This document shows, piece after piece, positions 38,865 through 50,645 of a stretch of 64,000 bases of DNA (the stretch's first letter is position 1; every line of letters starts with the position of its first letter). The position numbers and the translations under genes were made by a program. The notes beneath the pieces were generated by a model. It did not search any database. It had not been told where the DNA came from and saw nothing but the letters and a program-made list of their open reading frames with translations. The stretch comes from Stegostoma tigrinum (taxonomy: Eukaryota): positions 27,073,978-27,137,977 of the forward strand of contig NC_081374.1 of assembly GCF_030684315.1 (NCBI RefSeq). Reading direction: 5' to 3'.

Positions 38865-39767
38865 TGTTATCAGAATGGTGATAAAATATGGACAAATGAT
38901 TTTTGAACTCCAACATCTGATTTATGACCTGGGACTTTCCTGGACTGAAATACTGTGAAGAAAGGGGTGAAGATACTGATTTTAAAAGACCACAGGAATA
39001 ACTTGACCACTTAAGTTAAGCAAGTTTCATAAAATCGTGTGGAATAAATTAAACTACCTGAAATGAAATTAACGTTCCATCAAAAAACATGAAACAACTC
39101 CTTCCAGATAGGTGGGAAAAGACCCAGTCTATTTTGATTAACAACTGTATTGCAGATGAAATACATCACTCACAATTATCAAGATTGGAAACTTCATAAC
39201 TCAGACAATATATAAAACAGCTTTTATTTCAAGGAACTGATTTTTGGCAGACCAGAGATAATTAAATTTTTGACTCCAGAACTGGAACCAGCTTGAGAAA
39301 GTTCCCTCACCACTTGTGAGGAAGTGCTTGGTGACAGAATGATTAAAAAGAAGCAAAGAGCTCAAAAGACAACTGAAATGTTGTTATATTTGATTTTGAA
39401 GACACTAATTAATCAAAAATGGCCACAGGTTAAAACTTAATATCTCAAAGACACCCTAAGAACTTTAAACTGTATTATCTTTTTATCTTCTTTTTCTCCT
39501 GGACATATACATTTTTAACGTTATGCTTATGCTTGACATCAAGATTTTTTTATCATTTTTTTGTGGCTCGTCGATAACACAATTGCTTTTACTTTCATTC
39601 AAGAAAATCTTAAATTTGGCTCCTTTCTAATGCAGTATATTATGAGTCTATATTTCGATTAGAGAGAAGTATAGCATCATGCTAAAAAGAACATAAATCT
39701 TTGTTGCAGCCAACAAAGAAGGTTGAAAAATAGGTAGCCAATTCATCCTCCTCACCCGCTCGTAAAA
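38865..39767 (+). mobile_element. Candidate solo LTR; a related copy starts at 55157
   Basis: Starts TGTTAT and ends CGTAAAA (degenerate TAACA). Shares blocks acctgggactttc..ggact, caagtttcat and tgaaattaac with 55285-55435. No TSD seen. Confidence 0.4.
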
Positions 39768-40449
39768 AATGTATTCATAACATCATGAGTGCTCTTCCCA
39801 AAGGCAAGCCCTTGGTGCATTGTAGTTTTTTCATATCTCTCTATCCCATGCAGTTCTTTTCATTCATTAATGACAATATTGTTCTCCAACATTGATATTT
39901 TCTTGCTTCGTCTTTTTTCTCAACCCTCTCATCATAATGTCTCTTACGAGTATGTTCCCTCTGCAAATGTGTCCTCTTAACTAACTGTCAATCAACATTA
40001 ATGGGTGCATTCGCCATGGCAATGCTTCTACCTGAGTCCATTTGCAAACAATAGCACTTTTCTGTCAAGCAGTATACATATTGTGTTTTCCCCTTGAATT
40101 GGTATTCTTACAAATTGGCTTGATGAAGGTAAGACAAAAAGCCTTGACAAAGCTTTGTTTTTTGTTTCAGCAATTTTCAAGTTTTGTGCTACCAAATGAC
40201 TATCTAATTTCACTGTTGCACACTCCATGTACAGGTATTGTGTTTCCTAAAATACATGAATTAATTCTATGAATATATGAATATTTGTTGGTGACCTTGA
40301 ATTGTCAATATTCACTTTCATTCCAAATTTCTTCCCTACTGTTATTCATCTGTGTAGTGGTTCTTCTATTCCCTTTTTCCTGCCGCAAGTGCGTTGTCAT
40401 CTTCAAATCTAACTGAGGCTGCCATTCAGTAACCCCAACCTCAACAATC

Positions 40450-40870
40450 AGAGATAGCAAGAACTGCAGATGCTGGAAGTCAGAGTCAGTACATTAGGGA
40501 ACTGGAGGAATAAAGCAGGCCAGGCAGCAACAGAGGAACAGGAAAGTCAGTATTTCTGGCCAGGACCCTTCATCATCAGTCCTGACAAAGGGTCCTGACC
40601 CGTAAGGTTGATTTGCTTGTTCCTTTGATGCTGCCTGACCTGCTGTGTTCCTCCAATTTTAAATAAAAACCAAAAGAACTGTGGATGCTGTAAATCAGGA
40701 ACAAAAACTGAAGTTGCTGGAAAAGCACAGCAAGTCTGGCAGTATCAGAACCTGAGGAAAGGTCACCAGACCCGAAACGCTAACTCTGATTTTTTTGTTC
40801 ACAGATGCTGCCAGAAATGCTGAGCTTTTCCGGCAACTTCTGTTTTGTTCCTCCAATCTTAACACCGGAT
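40450..40870. mobile_element. Nested fold-back PLE termini: family B hairpin (40663-40847) inserted in an older family A-like hairpin
   Basis: Inner TSD ttcctccaattttaa 40648-40662 / ttcctccaatcttaa 40848-40862. Each element has its own inverted arms. Confidence 0.85.
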
Positions 40871-41212
40871 TCTGTGTTCTTTAGTCTTTATTTCTGCTTA
40901 GACTCAAATTAATTAAATAATATGTAATTGTGTGAAATATTTTGATGAAATGTAATAATGTGCTTGCCAGTAACTTTTTCAAATCTGTTTCATTCTATGC
41001 TATCCACAAGTACTCTGAAAAGATAACGGGAAGTTGTATTAAATTTAAACTCTTTCCCCATCTCAAATCCTAAAAGCACTCTTTGGTTCTGTAGATTAGT
41101 TCACCTTGTCTTTTGACTTGAATGCTTCTGCCTCTCAGCAATTCAAATTTTTATTTTAAAAAAAGTTTCTTATTACATGACGAGCAAAATATGGCACTTT
41201 TTGAAAGCAACA

Positions 41213-41420
41213 TTTGCCACAGAATGCAGTGGAGGCCAGGTCGTTGGATGCCTTCAAGGCAGAGATCGACAAATTCTTGATCTCAGAAGCAATCAAGGGC
41301 TACGGGGAGAGTGCAGGGAAGTGGAGTTGAAATGCCCATCAGCCATGATTTAAATGGCGGAGTGGACTTGATGGGCCGAATGGCCTTACTTCCACTCCTA
41401 TGTCTTATGATCTTATGGTC
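41213..41420 (+). mobile_element. CR1 3' end
   Basis: LPQNAVEARSL..FKAEIDKFLI..IKGYGESAGKWS*, then 3' UTR and a tcttatg repeat tail. Same family as 55701-56560. Confidence 0.85.
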
Positions 41421-41664
41421 TAGGATACTTCGCAATGAACTATCTCAAACAGCCCTTACCCAGTACAACATACTGGTGCAAGTGGCAAATATCACAAGAT
41501 AGCAGGAGTGGTCACAGAATGTTGTTGACAGTTGAGTCTCAAAGAAAGCCATGGACACAGAGCCAGTTTAAAATACCCCTGAAGATATTTTGAATCTGCA
41601 AGAGGATATTGAAGATTATACTTCAGTTTTTTTTAGAGGAGAGATCCAAGAAATAGGTCAATAT

Positions 41665-41900
41665 TGAAATAACTGCACAGAAGCTATATTCCATCACCAA
41701 GTTGTCCTTTAGTTAGCCATGAACAGTCTTTGACTTTAGTACTGCCTCATTCAGAGTCAGGTACCAGCCTGTCAATATCTCTGACACTTGCCCCTTTTAT
41801 ATGTCAGCTAGGGCTCCCTGATTGGACCAGATTAACAGCCCCAATCAGGGAACTCATATTCTGTGATGTCCAGCTGGCTGATCTTGTTACAATCACTACA
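41665..41900 (-). mobile_element. Gypsy solo LTR (236 bp)
   Basis: Minus strand runs TGTAGTGATT...TTGGTGA...TTATTTCA, the same termini as the LTR following the Gypsy pol at 49059-49397. Confidence 0.7.
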
Positions 41901-42660
41901 AGAATTAAGTTAATAAAACAGAAGAAAAGCAAGAAGTTACAGTCATATTCATTTTTAAAAGGCTTATAAATTGTGGGAAGAAGATATGACCAAGAAGGAA
42001 AGGAATTATAAATCTTTGAGATGCTAAAAAAAGCATGTGCTAATTCAAGAATTTCTTTCTCAGGAATTTATTTTGGTCTTTTATCTGCAAGTTCCAGTAT
42101 GCAACATCTAATCATGATAAATTAGTTGGACAAATTTTTGGGGAGAGTCATTGAACACAAGTGAGAATCAGGATAGAAGAAAAGTTTCTACAGAGAGCAG
42201 AAATTATTACCTTTGCCTGAGGAAGCAGATTTCAGGGCCTCAAAAGTACAATAATTCCATACATTAATCCACAGACTGCAGACAGTTTCTGCATGTCTGG
42301 CTATGATAATATACAAGTGGGAGGAGGTCATTACCCACTTCTGCAATACATTATAGGAAGTTTTCACAATGTGTAGAATACCCTGGACACTGTGACAACC
42401 CAGGAAATTGTTGCTCGGATTTTTTTTTCACACGTTACGACACAGGGCTTCCAAGTCAGAACAAATCAGATTCGCTAATGCTGGATGTGGCAATACAGTG
42501 AAATTGAAACATTTGATGACCCTCAAAATTGCTCAACTATTTCTAAGCAAACTTCACAAATATTTTACAGATGTTGCCATGAAGGTTATATTGTAACAAA
42601 AAATAACAATTTATTGTTAATAATGTAAATTTGGCAGAGCACACATGAACTACTGGACAA

Positions 42661-44603
42661 CATGGTGTAGAGCTGGATGAACACAGCAGGCTAAGCAGCA
42701 TCATAGGGGCAGGAAAGTTGCTGTTTCGGGCCTAGACCCTTCTTCAGAAATGAGGGAGGGAAGGGGTTTCTGAAATAAATAGAGAGAGGGGGGAGGCGGA
42801 TAGTAGATGGATAGACGATAGGGGGAGAGCAGACAGACTGGTCAAAGAGGCGGGGATGGACCCTGTAAAGGTGAGTGTAGCGGGGGAGGTAGGGAGGAGA
42901 TAGGTCAGTCCAGGGAGGAGGGACAAGTCAAAGGGGGTGGGAAGATATTAGTAGGTAGGAGATGGGGTTGGGGCTTGAGGTGGGAGGAGGGGATAGGTGG
43001 GAGGAAGGACAGGTTAGGGAGATGGGGATGAGCTGGGCTGGTTTTGGGATGTGGTGGGGAGGGGAGATTTTGAAGCTTGTGAAGTCCACATTGATACCAT
43101 TGGGCTGCAGGGTTCCCAAGCTGAATATGAATTGCTGTTCCTGCAAATTTCAGGTAGTATTGTTGTGGCACTGCAGGAGGCCCAGGATGGACATGTCATC
43201 CTAGGAATGGGAGGGGGAGTTGAAATGGTTTGCGACTGGGAGGCGCAGTTGTTTAGTGTGAACTGAGCATAGGTGTTCTGCAAAGCCGTTCCCAAGCCTC
43301 TGCTTAGTTTCCCCGATGTACAGGAGGCCGCAATGCAAACAGCAGATGCAATATACCACATTAGCAGATGTGCAGGTGAACATCTGCTTGATGTGGAAAG
43401 TCTTCCTGGGGCCTGGGATGGGGGTGAGGGGGGAGGTGTAGGGGCAGGTGTAGCACTTGCTGCAGTTGCAGGGAAAAGTGCTGGGTGTGGTGGGCCTGGA
43501 AGGGAGTGTGGAGCAGACAAGGGAGTCACAGAGATAGTGGTCCCTCCAGAAGGAAGGTAAGGGTGGGGAGGGAAAAATGTCTTTGTTGGTGGGATCGGAT
43601 TGCAGATGGTGGAAGTGTTGGAGGATGATGCGTTGGATTTGGAGGTTAGTGGGGTGGTACGTGAGGATGAGGGGGATTCTAGTTTGGTTTTTATTGCGGG
43701 CGGTGTGAGGGATGAGTTGCAGGAAATGCGGGAGACATGTTCGAGGGCGTCCTCGACCACTGAGAAGGGGAGGTTGCAGTACTTAAAAAATGAGGACATC
43801 TGAGATGTACGGGAGTGGAATGCCTTATCTTTGGAGCAGATGCAGCGGAGGCAAAGGAATTGGGAATAAGGGATGGCATTTTTGCAGGAAAGTGGGTGAG
43901 AGGAGGTGTATTCTAGGTAGTTGTGGGAGTCGATGGGCTTGAAATGGACATCAGTTACAAGCTGGTTGCCGGAGATGGAGACAGAGAAGTATTAGAAATG
44001 GACCAGGTGAACTTAAGGTTGGGGTGGAAGGTGTTAATGAAGTAGATGAACAGTTCGAGCTCCTCTTGAGAGCATGAGGCGGTGCTGATATAGTCATCAA
44101 TGTAACAGAGGAAGAGGTGAGATTTAAGGCCAGTGTAGCTATGGAAGAGGGATTGTTCCACCTAACCTAAAAAAAACAGGCATAGCTTGGGCCCATGCAG
44201 GTACCCATGGCCACCCCCTTTGTCTGTAGGAAGTGGGAGGAATTGAAAGAGAAGTTGTTGAGGGTGAGGACGAGATCGGCTAAGCTGATGAGGGTGTCAG
44301 TGGAGGGGGACTGGTTGAGCCTGCGGGACAGGAAGAAGTGGAGGGCCTTTAGGCCATCTGTATGGGGAATGTAGGTGTATAGAGACTGGATGTCCATGGT
44401 AAAGATGAGGTGTTGTGGACCGGGGAATTGGAAGTTCTGGAGGAGGTGGAGGGTGTGGGTGGTGTCACGGACGTAGGCAGGGAGTTCCTGGACCAAGGGA
44501 AAGAAAATGGAGTCGAGATAGGTGGAGATAAGTTCGGTGGGGCAGGAGCAGGCGGAGACAATGGGTCGACCAAGGCAGTCAGGCTTGTGGATTTTGAGAA
44601 GGA
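42661..44603 (-). mobile_element. PLE family A, 5'-truncated 1.9-kb copy (RT + GIY-YIG), short-end type
   Basis: KIHKPDCLGRPIVS, MDIQSLYT, YIDD and LYIGETKQRLG. Hammerhead-like CTGAAGAAGGGTCTAGGCCCGAAAC. TSD aactactggacaa 42648-42660 / aactacttgacaa 44604-44616. Confidence 0.9.
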
Positions 44604-46394
44604 AACTACTTGACAATATAGTTGACATCTATGATATGAGCCCAATCTTTTTGATCACCAACTACCATCAATAGATAGTTAAGGGATTTTTTTTAAATAA
44701 AAGAATTGTAATCACCAGTTTGATAACCATTTCAATAATGAATATCAGACCATCATCCTAGGAATGGGAGGGGGAGTTGAAATGGTTTGCGATGATCATG
44801 AAATCTGAAGAGACTGGTCAATGCGAACAGTTTCCACAGACCTCTGGACACTTTTCCTTCTTTCTTATAGACTGGTCTTTTTCTCAACATTTTCAATAAC
44901 TTGATAACTGAAGAATAACTAGAGAGAGGAAAAACAACAAACCCAGTCCTGTAGCGTCCAAAACAACACTGCTTCCTGCCCAAAATCCCAGTCAAAACCA
45001 GTTCACCCTTGGATATCTCTATTTGTTTGCAATACTCTCTGTAGTTGGCTGACCAGCACTGGTCCTCCCTTGATTGACCAATTCAACATTCACCTACCAT
45101 CTCAGAGCATAACAGTGTCGAGGTGCTGGTCCGTCAATAGTATTCTTAGAGCTGCATCCTTCCTTGCCGGTTCCCAGCAACAAACATTGGTCTTCTGGCC
45201 CCTTTAAATACGAGCTGCTGTTCAAAGTTCAGTTCTTAATGCAAGTTACATGAGGGAGTAAGATAGAGCCAACTGGGCTTACCCATTCTACCTGCACTTT
45301 CGCCACCACTGTCCTCATTTTTCCTCACATCCTCATACCCCCATGCTTTCACTTCAGGAGCTGAGGTGAGTGGTAAATAGGCATGCCTGCCATGCAACCT
45401 TGTGGTGATGTATGCAACCTTAAAATACTTGTCCTCCTGAAGATTGTCAATGAATGTAACGGCCATCAAACAAAAAAAAAGATCATTTTCAGACAGATTT
45501 CTTGATGTCTATGTTGGAAATGGGGGTCATAATAACTTTGTATGAACCGTGTTTAGATACACAGTTATAATGTAAAATCTTTTTTGAGTCAAGGATCCTA
45601 GCTAATTATAATTTAGCAATAAAATATTACAAACATTAGCAGTTTGTAAAACACGGTCATCTTCCAATCAAATTGTCTCTACCTGTACGATATTAAAAAC
45701 AGCACATAAATACTCCAGATGCTACATGTTTACAGAAGAAAAATGATCCAAAGACAGTACATTCTTCTCAACTGCAGTGAGACAGTTTTATGCATATTGG
45801 AGTCTTTACAGTTCTCTGAATAAACATTGGTTTAACTATAAATAATCTGTGCATGTATATTTATTGATTAAAGATCAGGTCAAAAACTGGCTGCATAATA
45901 CAGTTACTGGTGGTGTTAATGGTGCCAGTTTAGAAGAAAAATTGTACCTGCACTGCTCCTGACGACTTCCAATGCAGCCTGCACCTAATGCCACATTGTT
46001 GATAGTCTTAGCGTAAGTGATATGTGTGTTCACAGAAAGAATACAGAACAGGCAGATCACGGTATTAGCTCATTTGATCTGCATCCTGACATTTTTGGCA
46101 TTGTCACTCTAATTAATGTCCTCCCTAAAAGTTTTTCAGCAGCAGATCCTTTTAGTAATCAACAGTTAAACATCTTGCAATTCAATTCTGCACTCCGGAG
46201 ATCACTGAGACTCTGTATATACACAAGGAGAGGGATGTTCATCATCTTCTCTCTAAATAGCAGGGTTATGAGTACAACATGACCTTGCCAGGCAACCAGA
46301 CTTTCCCATTGTGCAAAGTATCATCAACTGCATACATGTGTCTTTGAGGGTGCCACATCGCTGAATTATGGTTTGTTACAGTGCTAAAGAAAGC

Positions 46395-46732
46395 CATTCA
46401 GACCAGAATGCCTACAGTTGTAGACCTGCTGGCCAAGCCGACATATTTGGCTGCAAACATTTTGTCACCCTACTGGGTAACGTTGTCAGTGCATCTCCAG
46501 TGAAGTGTTGGTGTTCTGACCCACTTGTTATTTATATGCCTCAGTTTGCTGGAGTGGTTGGCATTACTTCTGGTTCTGTTCTTCAATAGTTTGTATATCG
46601 GGTCCAGTTCAATGTGGGTGTTGATGGAGTTTTGGTTAGAATGCCAGACCTCCAGGAATTCCCTGGCATTCTGTTTGGCTTGTGCTATTATGGATGTATT
46701 GTCCCAGTTGAATTGGTGTCCGTCATTGTCCG
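46395..46732 (-). mobile_element. PLE family C-like 3' fragment
   Basis: GHQFNWDNTSIIAQAKQNAREFLEVWHS (GIY-YIG C-terminus), followed by degenerate hammerhead CTGACAACGTTACCCAGTAGGGTGACAAAATGTT. Confidence 0.8.
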
Positions 46733-49397
46733 ACTGAATGAGGAGTCCCAGGAGTATGCTACAATTAAAACCCATAAATCTTTCTACCAATATACAAGAC
46801 TGCCATTTGGGGTATCGTCAGCTTGCACCCTTTTCCAGCAAACCATGGAGAACATTTTACAAGTGCTACCTCAGTTTGCCATTTATTTTAATGACATACT
46901 AATAACAGGGAAGACCAATAAAGAGCACTTGGAGAACTTAGACAAAGTGCTTAAATATTTCTCTCAGGCCTACTTGGGTTACAGAGTCAACAAAACCAGG
47001 TTACACCTGTTGGAAGGTTGAGAGGTCAGTCGAAGGAGTCCTGGCTCTCATGTCTCTACTGGATCTTACGTCTTCCCTTTGTTAATGAATTATTATAGAA
47101 AATTCATGCATACCCTGGCATCCATATTGGCTATTGAGAAAGGGTCAGCCTTGAAACTGGTCATGTAGCCAAGAAGCAGCCTTTAGGGAACTGAAAAAGC
47201 AGCTATCATCAGCTCAGATGTTGGCTCACTGTGATCCAAAGCAAGAGGTAGTGCTGACTTGCTATGCCTCCCTGTTCGGTATTGGAGTAGTGTTGGGCCA
47301 CTGGTGCCCCAGTAGAGAGGAATGCCTGATAGCATATGCCCAGATAGAGGAGGAAGGTTTAGTGGTCATCTTTGGTGTGAGGAAGTTCCACCAGTACCTT
47401 TACGGTTGAGAATTGTCATAGTAACAGATCATAAACCCCCGCTAGGATGACTGAAGAAAGTGACGGTAGTGCCACCCATTGCTTCCAGTAGAATTCAGCC
47501 ATGGGCCCTTACTGCCAGCTCATACAAGTACAAGTTAGAACACTGCCCAGGAAGCCAAGCAACTAATGCGGATGCCTTGGGCCGCTTCCCACGAGCAGGT
47601 ACTCCACCAGTGGTGCTACCCTGGAAGCATCCATTTTTGTTTTGAACTTCCTGGACACCCTTCCAGTCACTGCCAACAATATCTGACTGTGGACATAAAA
47701 AGATCCTGTCCTAGCGAAACTAAAACAGCTAGTGGTAATGGGGGTAACAGGAGGGCCACTGCAACCTGGATTGAAACCTTTCTGGACCCGGTGAGACCAG
47801 ATCACCATAGAGGACAGCAAATTACTATGGGAAGTGAGGGTGGTTGTCTCAAGTAAAGGTTGCGCCAGATACTGACTGCACTCCACCAGGATCATCCAGG
47901 GTTTTCCAAGATGAAGATGCTAGCAAGAAGCTATATCTGGTGACCAGGGTTGGATGCTGACATAGTTACATTAGTGAGACAGTGCTCAGAGTGCCAACAA
48001 GAACAAAAATTGGCACTAGCAACACCCCCAAATTTGTGGGAATGGCCGGGTAAACCCTGGACTCAGTTACATGTCACTACGCTGGCCCTTTCATGGACTC
48101 AATGTGGATGCCCATTCAAAGTGGTTGGACGTGTGCAAAGTTCATTTGGCAAACTCAGGGATGAGGATTGAGAAGCTGTGAGCATCGTTTGTAATACATG
48201 GATTCCTGGAAGTATTGGTCACAGACAATGGACATCATTTATAAGCAGGGAATTCGAATATTTCTTCAAGTCAAATGATATTTGACACATAAGAACAGCT
48301 CCATTCCATTCATCGTCCAATGGTCTAGTGGAAAGAGCAGTCCAAACATTGAAGGCAGGCTTAAAAAAACCAATCTACAGCATCAATTAACACCAAACTG
48401 TCCCAATTCCTGTTTGATTATAGGACCATACCACACTCAAAAACAGGAATAGGTCTAACAACGTTGCTAATGTGGAGAAGTCTCCGCATGAGGTTAAACC
48501 TGATATTCCGAGACCTGGGGGAAAGGTGAAACGGCAGAAGGAATGCCAGTGCTGGCCACAAGCTACCTCTAAGCAAGAGAGACAATTTATTTCATAGGAT
48601 GAAGTTTGGTGCCGGAATCATGGAAATGGCCCAATGGTATGAGGCGAGTTTGACGCAAGGTCAGGTCCCATCACTTGCAAAGTTCAGGTGGATGATACAG
48701 CCCTGAACAAAAATATGGATTGCCTAAAAGTCATTACTTTGCAAACAGGGCAGGAGCAAAACATACTTGGTCCCTCAGAATAGCCAGAAGGCCTGTGGGA
48801 AATGATAGGTTCTCCTCCTCCATTTACAGTTGATCAAACCTCAGAGTCTGAGATGGATGCAGCCTTGATACCATTACCACTAGAAGAAGAGGAGGGAATT
48901 CTCCTGAGATGTTCCAGGCGCAAGAGGCAGGCTATGGTCCAGTACAGCCATCCATGTCAGAGTTCAAAGCAGGGCAACCTGAGTTGAGGCAAAAACATTG
49001 CAAGAAAAGCTACAAGCCAAATACTAGGCCTACATCCTTGGACTTAGTCGGGGAGGCATGTAGTGATTTAGCACAAGGTTAACCTCATTAACTACAAGGT
49101 CGTTGGTCCAGGTTAACAACACCAATCAATCAGGAATGACCTAGCCGACCAATATAACCAGGAGAATTGCCCCTGCAGGGATCTGCTTGTCACTGGTTCC
49201 CTGGCCATGTGGGTGTGTTTCCTGGTGGTGGAATATTAATAAAGTTATTTATACAACTGGTTAAAAAAAACAATATAACCAGGAAATTAGCATCTCCTTG
49301 GTGCAAACAACTGACTCTGAACTGGCTGGTCATAGCCAGTGTACTGTACACAAGGGTGACTTGGTGACAGGATACTGGCCTCCATGTGATTATTTCA
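46733..49397 (+). mobile_element. Decayed Ty3/Gypsy LTR retrotransposon: RT-RNase H-integrase, PPT and 3' LTR (49059-49397)
   Basis: YQYTRLPFGVSSA...IYFNDILITG (RT); LTCYASLFGIGVVL and TDHKP (RNase H); HQDHPG..KMLARSYIW..CSEC, VTDNG and SSNGLVERAV (integrase). Purine tract GGGGAGG precedes TGTAGTG; the LTR ends TTATTTCA. Confidence 0.9.
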
Positions 49398-49850
49398 GCC
49401 AGGCTTGTTTCCGGGATGGCAGAACTGTTCTGGGAAGAAAGCTCAGCCAAAGTGAACCAGTATTCTCTAGAGTTTAGAAGAATTAGAAGTGACCTCATTG
49501 AAACTTACAAAATACTAAAAGGGATGGATAGGATAGTTTTAGGTAAGACGTTTTCCCTACTTGGGGAGTCTAAAAATAAACTGGATGCCACATATCTAAT
49601 TTAGGATAACTTCTTTTTATTCAGAGGGTTGTGAATCTCTGGAATTCTCTATGACAAAGGATTACGGAAACTGTCTTTCAAAATGTTTAAGGCAAAGGTT
49701 GTTTGATTTCTGATTACCAATGGTATTTAGGATTATAGAAATGGAGTGGGAAAAAAGGCAATGAAATGTTTGATCAACAAGGATTGTACTGAATTGTGAG
49801 GCAATCTCAATGCTCACAGTCATTAATGATATTGCCTGTTGTTCCTGTTT
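49398..49850 (+). mobile_element. CR1 3' fragment
   Basis: YSLEFRRIRSDLIETYKILKGMDRI. Confidence 0.8.
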
Positions 49851-50351
49851 GTGTCTAGGGTCTTATCAATGTTGTAAGAGGACTGGAAGGTGGTTTGGAA
49901 ACTGGAACAGACCTGATTTGTCCCCATTTCCCTCTCACCTTTGGACAATCAACATATGAAGATTAGATTATTGACTGTATGAATCATGAGTTCAGCTAGA
50001 CATTTGAATCTAGGATAATGTGAAGAAGAAGTAGTATGATAGATATGATATTTCCCATTCTTCTTGGAGTGGCTTACAAATAATTTTTTTTGCCATCTAT
50101 TGTTCTTTGTAATCTCTCTAGGGGAGTTAAATAAACTTATCAAATTTACCTGACAGGTGTGCTTGGCATGTCAGACAAACCTCCTTTCCAAAATTTCTCC
50201 CATGTTTTGAGAAGACACTTCATCTGCTATTATCCAAGTTAAGGGCAGACGCAGCACTTAAATGTTGTGAGCTTTACACTATTGAATTGGTGCTGCTGGT
50301 GGTGGTTGTTGTTGTGAGGACAAGTGGAATCAAAGGAAATGTGAGGAATGA

Positions 50352-50645
50352 TCCCCACCTCCTTGACCTGTCCATCTTTCCTGGACTGACCAAGCCCCAA
50401 CCTAACTCCCCACCTGCACTCACCTTAACTGGCTCCATCCCTTCCTCCTTAACCTGTCTGTCTCCTTTCCACCTATCTGCTCCTTTATCTGTCTTCCATC
50501 CGCCTCCCCCTCTCTCTACCTATATCAGAACGACCTTCCCCTCCCCCATTTCAGAAGATGGGTCCAGACCTGAAACATCAGGTTTTCTGCTCCTCTGATG
50601 CTGCTTGGCCTGCTGTGTTCATCTAGCTCTACACCTTGTTATCTC
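50352..50645 (+). mobile_element. PLE family A terminal fragment (short-end type)
   Basis: Reverse complement of 42661-42940. Ends acaccttgttatct. Confidence 0.85.

Noticed and set aside
40030-40135. Plus-strand exon ending AAG|GTAAGA
   Set aside because: A good donor, but no clear acceptor and no recognisable protein similarity.
45900-46290. Unique-looking segment as an exon of a neighbouring gene
   Set aside because: No recognisable protein motif in any frame and no convincing paired splice sites.
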